Origin: Mobula hypostoma
Taxonomy: Eukaryota
Reading direction: 5' to 3'
Assembly: GCF_963921235.1 (NCBI RefSeq)
Contig: NC_086097.1
Coordinates: 160,520,001-160,584,000, forward strand
Length of the DNA: 64,000 nt
In this document: positions 58,693 to 64,000 of the stretch, piece by piece
How the letters are laid out: each line of letters starts with the position of its first letter
Numbering within the stretch: the first letter of the stretch is position 1
The notes under the pieces: generated by a model
The model's database searches: none
The model's input: only the letters and a program-made list of their open reading frames with translations
Told to the model about the DNA's origin: nothing
Translations under genes and position numbers: made by a program

Positions 58693-59127
58693 TTAGTAAA
58701 GTTTCCTGTACAGATATAACATAGATAGATATACAGTAACAGTCAATTGGATGGAGTGAACTGAAGGATTTGTTTGTGTTCTGGACTCTGACTCAAATGA
58801 ATTTAGTTATATTAGAAGTACTACAGTATATTCAAATTGTTGCTTAACCTCACTCTGATTTTCTTCAAAGGCAAATTTTAACTGCAGTGTCTGCTTAGGG
58901 CATTGACACCTGAATGTAAGTGTGCCCTGTATTTTTGAAGATGAAATTCCAAAAGAGTTCTCAGATCATCTGCCCCAATATTTGGAGAAAGTTCAAAGGA
59001 GGCTGTGGATAACTGGCATAAACAGCAGAAAATTAGGACAATCTCAGACTGGTATGGGGAAAAAAGTGTTGCATGTGTCCAAAACCCACAAGCAAAGAAA
59101 ATCAATTGATGTAAGACAAAATTTTAG

Positions 59128-59935
59128 GATTCAAGATTGCTGAATATAATTTCCAGTACAGAGATGTAAAGGAGAATGAAATAATTGTTATTCTGGATCC
59201 AAGGCAGCGAAACAAAACAGAATTAGATAAATATCATAATAATTAAAAACACAATTAATATAAATGCATAAGATAGCTTATATACATCAGTCAGTCAGTG
59301 GGTGCCGTCCCAAATCTCGTGTTGAGGGCTAGGCACCTCCATCTTCTTCGATCTTGCAGTCTTTTTCTGGATTGATTTAATGTCCATAAAGTGACACTTG
59401 CACAGCAGTGTCTGTACATAAGGAGACTCTAACAGGAAATGATAAAGTCGTGATGGTGGGCGGTGTGGAAGGGTGGGTTAGTGGGTGGAGGTGTTGATAA
59501 GCCTTACTACTTGGGGGGGGGGGGGAAATAACTGTTTTTGAGTCTGATAGTCCTGGCATGGATGCTACGTAGTCTCTTCTCTGATAAGAGTGGAACAAAC
59601 AGTCGATGAGCAAGCTGGGTGAGATACTTCAAACATGAGGTTCCTGTCCTTTTTCTGGCATCTTTCTATATATATGTTCTTGATGACAGGTAGGCTGGTG
59701 CCAGTGATGTTTTGGGCAGTTTTGACCACCTGTTGTAGAGCCTTCCTGCCCACTATAGTGCAGTTTCTGTATCATACAGTGATGCGGCACGTTAGGATGC
59801 TCTTTGTTATCCATCTATAGAAGGACATGAGAATACACGTGCTCTTCTCAGCCTCCTCAAAGTACAGACATTGGTAAGCTTTTCTGATGGTATAGAATGT
59901 CTTCTGAGTCCATGAGAAGATGTGCATTCTCAGGA
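59128..59935 (-). mobile_element. Rex1-clade LINE 3' part containing an ~80-bp insert (59288-59369, (ctga)n-tailed, RTE-like)
   Basis: RKALQQVVKTAQNITGTSLP.IKNIY.ERC; tail ggattcaagattg. Confidence 0.85.
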
Positions 59936-60309
59936 GCATAAAAATGAAGTTACTTTTTACTTCCCTAGAATATCTGCCAATGTCTTTAATTGCTGATAGA
60001 CATGGAGACCTTCCCCGTGCCAAACTGAGGCTGCTGAGATATTTACAAGCTCTCTGACGGAGTTAGAATTTAGTCTAATACTGGATCTGCTGAAAGGCTG
60101 TCAAACATAAAAGCCTAATTAAGTTCTTTAAATGGACATCACCCAGTTTCAGAACCCCACTTAACAAACTGCAATGAAGACTACAAGAGAAACATCATTA
60201 CTCCTGTTTTTGTTTTGGATACAGTTTCCAACCAAGACTTCCTATTTCATTGAAGTCTTTCATAACATTTCTCTCCATGCAAAATGGAAAATAGTTGATA
60301 ATTCACATT

Positions 60310-60465
60310 CCAGCTTTTCCTCCTCCCCCCACCCCCCAATCTTCTTATTCTGGCACCTTCCCCCTTCCTTTCCAGTGCTGATGAAGGGCCTGGGCCCGAA
60401 ACACAGTTTATTCATTTCCATAGATGTTACCTGACCTGCTAAGTTCCTCCAGTATTTTGTGTATG
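60310..60465 (+). mobile_element. Penelope pLTR tail with HHR core but an altered cleavage arm
   Basis: cagtg-ctgatga-agggcctgggccc-gaaa-cacag; cctgacctgctaagttcctccag. Confidence 0.85.
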
Positions 60466-61413
60466 AGATCTCAGTAGTTTGGACATAAACAATGAACTTC
60501 ATTTGAAAGGGCTGTACATTTGTCACGAAAATTATCTCCCTAACCAATGTTTTGTCTTATAATACTTTTGTCAGGAATATATTGTTTAGGGGAACATTTT
60601 TGCTCCTCATCTAATTGTTGCAATAAGGGTTATTTGGGTGGTACTCTATGCTTGAATCCTACATTGTACATTGAAGAAGGCTGTAATAAGTTAACTCACA
60701 ATAATTAAATCACTAAGTCATTTAATGTGGTAATCCACCCTACACCTTCTACAGAAAATACCAGTAAAAAAATTTGTGCTAGAAACTTATTTAGCTAAAT
60801 GAGATCAAACTAAATCAGTTCTTATGGCAGAGCATTCCTTGGCCATGGAAAACAGATACAATTTGAAAAATGAGAAATTAATCTTGCAACTGAGCATTAA
60901 AAACCCTGAACCAATGATTTAACTTGAATGTTGTAAAGTTTGTGCCAGCTAGCTGCCAATTAGTTCTTGAGATTAATCACATTGCATTTCTAGATCTGTT
61001 GGCCAGTCATTGAGACATCCAATTTGTTGCTGTAGATGTAGCAAAAGGAGGCTTCCATTGCCCCATTTATCCTCATAGTGCACACAAATGGACATAACCA
61101 AATCAGCTCACTAGAATATGAAGACAAGGGTGCATGCTTCATACAAATTTGAAGGGTAACTGCATAGACTGAAGCAGCTGCAGACCAGAAGGTTAAAGAG
61201 GAAATTTACAGATGCTGATGTCTTGCACTTAAATCTATATTGTTTTCAAAATCAATACCAGACACCTTTTTGTCCACTTTTCTCTTAATGAAAATTTCAG
61301 TTCGTCTTGGTTCTGAATATAATTTTCATAAGCTTGAAAGCCCTTACTGAATATTAATTTTAATGATTAATTTACTGTTTTGAGTGCATCTGATGGTGGA
61401 TCAGGTGCTGAGA

Positions 61414-61750
61414 AGGATCAAGGATCAATTTAATTCACTATATAGATTTACAAGTATTAGGAATTTGCTTTGGTGTATTGATGCTACATGCAATTAAAAA
61501 CAACATTTTACAATTATAAAGAATTACATTAAAATAAAATTAGAAGTACAGATATGAAGTAAAATGTGCATAGATACATAAATAAAAACATATGTTTACA
61601 ATGCAAACAACATTATAAAAGGTGGTTTAAAGTGTTTACAGTGCATTGCAGTGACTTAGTAATAGATAAAGGATAATGGCTAACCGGAATGGTTGATCAA
61701 ATTAACTGCTTGGGGTACGAAACTTTTAAGTTGGTGTGCAGTTTTTAATG
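61414..61750 (-). mobile_element. Rex1-clade 3' UTR fragment
   Basis: aaggatcaaggatcaatttaattc tail; ttaactgcttggggtacgaaactt. Confidence 0.55.
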
Positions 61751-62044
61751 TATTTTATGTGGTCACAAATTGATCAGATATCAATGAAGGTTTCTCTTAT
61801 GAGCCTATCTTGTAGCTATTTCCCAACAAGTCTTAATGACCTTGATGTGTTCCCTTCATTTTTAACTCCCACAATCTTTGAGCATTCATAGTCTGACACA
61901 TTATGCTTCTTGGGAATCTTAATTCCTGGGTCTTACAGAAGCACCACATTCTGAATACCTCAGTAAACTACTCCCAACAAAATTCATATATATCTGTCTC
62001 TCTCCCTCTCCACTTCCCCCACACCCCCCCCCGAATAGTCAAAG

Positions 62045-62810
62045 CACTCAAAAGAGATCTAACCTTGGAATGGGCATTGACCATAGCAATATCGTTAGAG
62101 ACTGCAGCAAAGGATGCCGCAGAGCTACAGAAAAGGTTAGAATGTGAAATGCCCAAAATATCCCTGAATGGTGCAAAAATCCAAAAATGTTATCAATGTG
62201 TCAAATCCTCCCATGTTGCAAATGATTGTTGGTTCAAAGACCAGGTCTGCAGAAAGTGTCAGAGTGTGCAAGGCAGACAAAAAGCACAACCGAGTGAAAA
62301 GTCTCAAACACAAAACTAAGCAAATCCATAAAGTTACCGAGCATAAAACAGAATCAGACAACATAGTCCGACAAAGGTGAACTGTCAAGGCTAGAACTGC
62401 ATGATATAACTGAAGCAGATCACAAAATTGTCTGGATCACTATAGACATTCCTGGTGTAAAACTGAAAATGAATCTGGATTACAGGGTCAGCTTGGTCCA
62501 TAATTCCAGAAGCTGACTACAACAGACTGTTTCCTAAGATATCAAGAGAACATCTCAGTGATTCTAAAGACCTGTGCAGGTAAAAATGTGTCTCCCAAAG
62601 GCAACTTGAAAGTAAAGGTGACATATGGAGGCCAAGCAGTTAGAGCTTCATGTATTGAAAAGTGGAGGACCAGAACTTTTTGAACATGAATGGTTGAGAA
62701 AAATCCTACTAGACTGGCACTCAATCAAAGTCTCAGTGTGACATCAACAGGCAATGGCAGACCAAATAGTAGCACTAACCAGAAACTGGTAAAGCTGCTT
62801 AATGCTTGAG
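62045..62810 (+). mobile_element. Gypsy gag C-terminus/protease fragment, no LTRs
   Basis: DLTLEWALTIAISLETAAKDA; knuckle CYQCVKSSHVANDC...CRKC; frameshifted LKMNLD/TGSAWSII. Confidence 0.85.
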
Positions 62811-63804
62811 AAGAGAAGAGAAACATTGAATTTCTTGAGTGGTGTTGGTATTGCAATCGTCCAAACAAGTAACCTATGACTCATTCTGGCATGTGAAAGA
62901 TGAAACCAAGGGATGAATCGCTCGTGGTAAGAACATTAAGTATTTATGCGGTCGATCTAATTGAGTTTCAGACAATAGTGATCCCCAGAAGGATGATAGT
63001 AGGAAACCCAAAAGTACAGTAATACCATAAAATGTCAAGAGAAGGTGGTTAGACGCTCTCTTGTTAGCACTTTATAGTAAGAATATTACTTACCATTTAG
63101 TAGCCCATGCTAGAATATCATCCATGCTGGTATGGGCTGTTTCACTTACTGATGATTTTCAACTGGAGTTGCTTCCAGTCTCATTTTATCAGCTGAAAAT
63201 GATTGTGCTCCAAAAAAAATCTTGCGGTAATGGCCTGAGACTGGGTTGATTGATCTCCAAATGCCACGAGTATCTTCTTGTTTAGAGAGGAACACCTAAA
63301 GCCATTAGAAGATTCCATCTGAGAACTCAGACTTCATCTTCACCAGGACGTTTTGATGCCATGCTTAGTCAATTGGCAACCATGATACCATTGTCAGTCA
63401 TTTTCATCTTTTTTCTGCTTGGACCTATATAACTGAAATGCAAAATACATTGTCAGAGAGACAGCAGTGTGGCAATTGAACTGGGACAGTTTGGCTACTT
63501 GTAGAATTGAATTATTCTCTTCTACTCCCCCCTCCCACCCCCCGCAAATGCTGGTGAATGTCCACGAATCTCATGAAAATGAATGACTTACTCACTGAAT
63601 TCTTCTCCTCTGGTTCAAGAGGTTCCACAGTGTGAATAAAAAGATTAACCCTTGTTTTAGTCAATAGGTAGTATTTTATGCATTTTTAGTATCTTTGTTA
63701 ACCACATCTAAGTTTTGTCATTTTCTTTATTTTAGTTTGCTGAACTCTATATGATGGAACAAAACTCTTTGAAGTATTCCAAGCTGAAACTTAGCATCAT
63801 TTTA

Positions 63805-63905
63805 TACCATAAGACATAGGAGCAGATTTAGGTCATTTGACCCATTGAGTCTGCTCCACCATTCAGTCATGGCTGATCCTTTTTTCCCTCCTCAGCTCCA
63901 CTTAC
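63805..63905 (-). mobile_element. CR1 3' tip
   Basis: accataagacataggagcagatttagg is the reverse complement of the tail at 51650-51686. Confidence 0.85.
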
Positions 63906-64000
63906 TTCATTTCTGGGAGATAACTGAGGTCCCTAAAAACCTAAAGGATGGGTACCTATTAAAGGATCTGAATCTTCTTTGGCATTCTCAGAAATGTACT

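Overview
This is eukaryotic, vertebrate, AT-rich and CpG-depleted DNA. The repeat families (HE1/V-SINE, Deu-domain SINE, CR1, Rex1) point by inference to a cartilaginous fish. I can support no intact host gene, rRNA, tRNA or CRISPR array, and most listed ORFs are decayed transposon frames or their antisense. The window is a dense set of nested mobile elements: two Tf1/sushi-type chromoviral Gypsy elements (1137-3415, 29512-34340); two copies of a second Gypsy family (15404-26952 with four nesting levels, and 52524-55179); four TSD-flanked solo LTRs; many CR1 and Rex1/Babar LINEs; a Buster/Charlie hAT transposon; Tc1-like mini-MITEs; and at least eight Penelope-like element (PLE) pieces, most carrying minimal hammerhead ribozyme (HHR) motifs. 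The most notable feature is a young fold-back PLE insertion (12321-13043), where a 52-53 bp tandem duplication can rewire the dimer-dependent minimal HHR into a self-contained type III-like fold. Also notable are a readable self-priming signal in the sushi-like element, a gag-only retroviral-like insert without a TSD, a composite transposon bounded by two ~70-80 bp MITEs, and a CpG-rich 35-bp minisatellite born inside an LTR. Family names come from motif recognition by eye, not database searches, and boundaries of old fragments are approximate.
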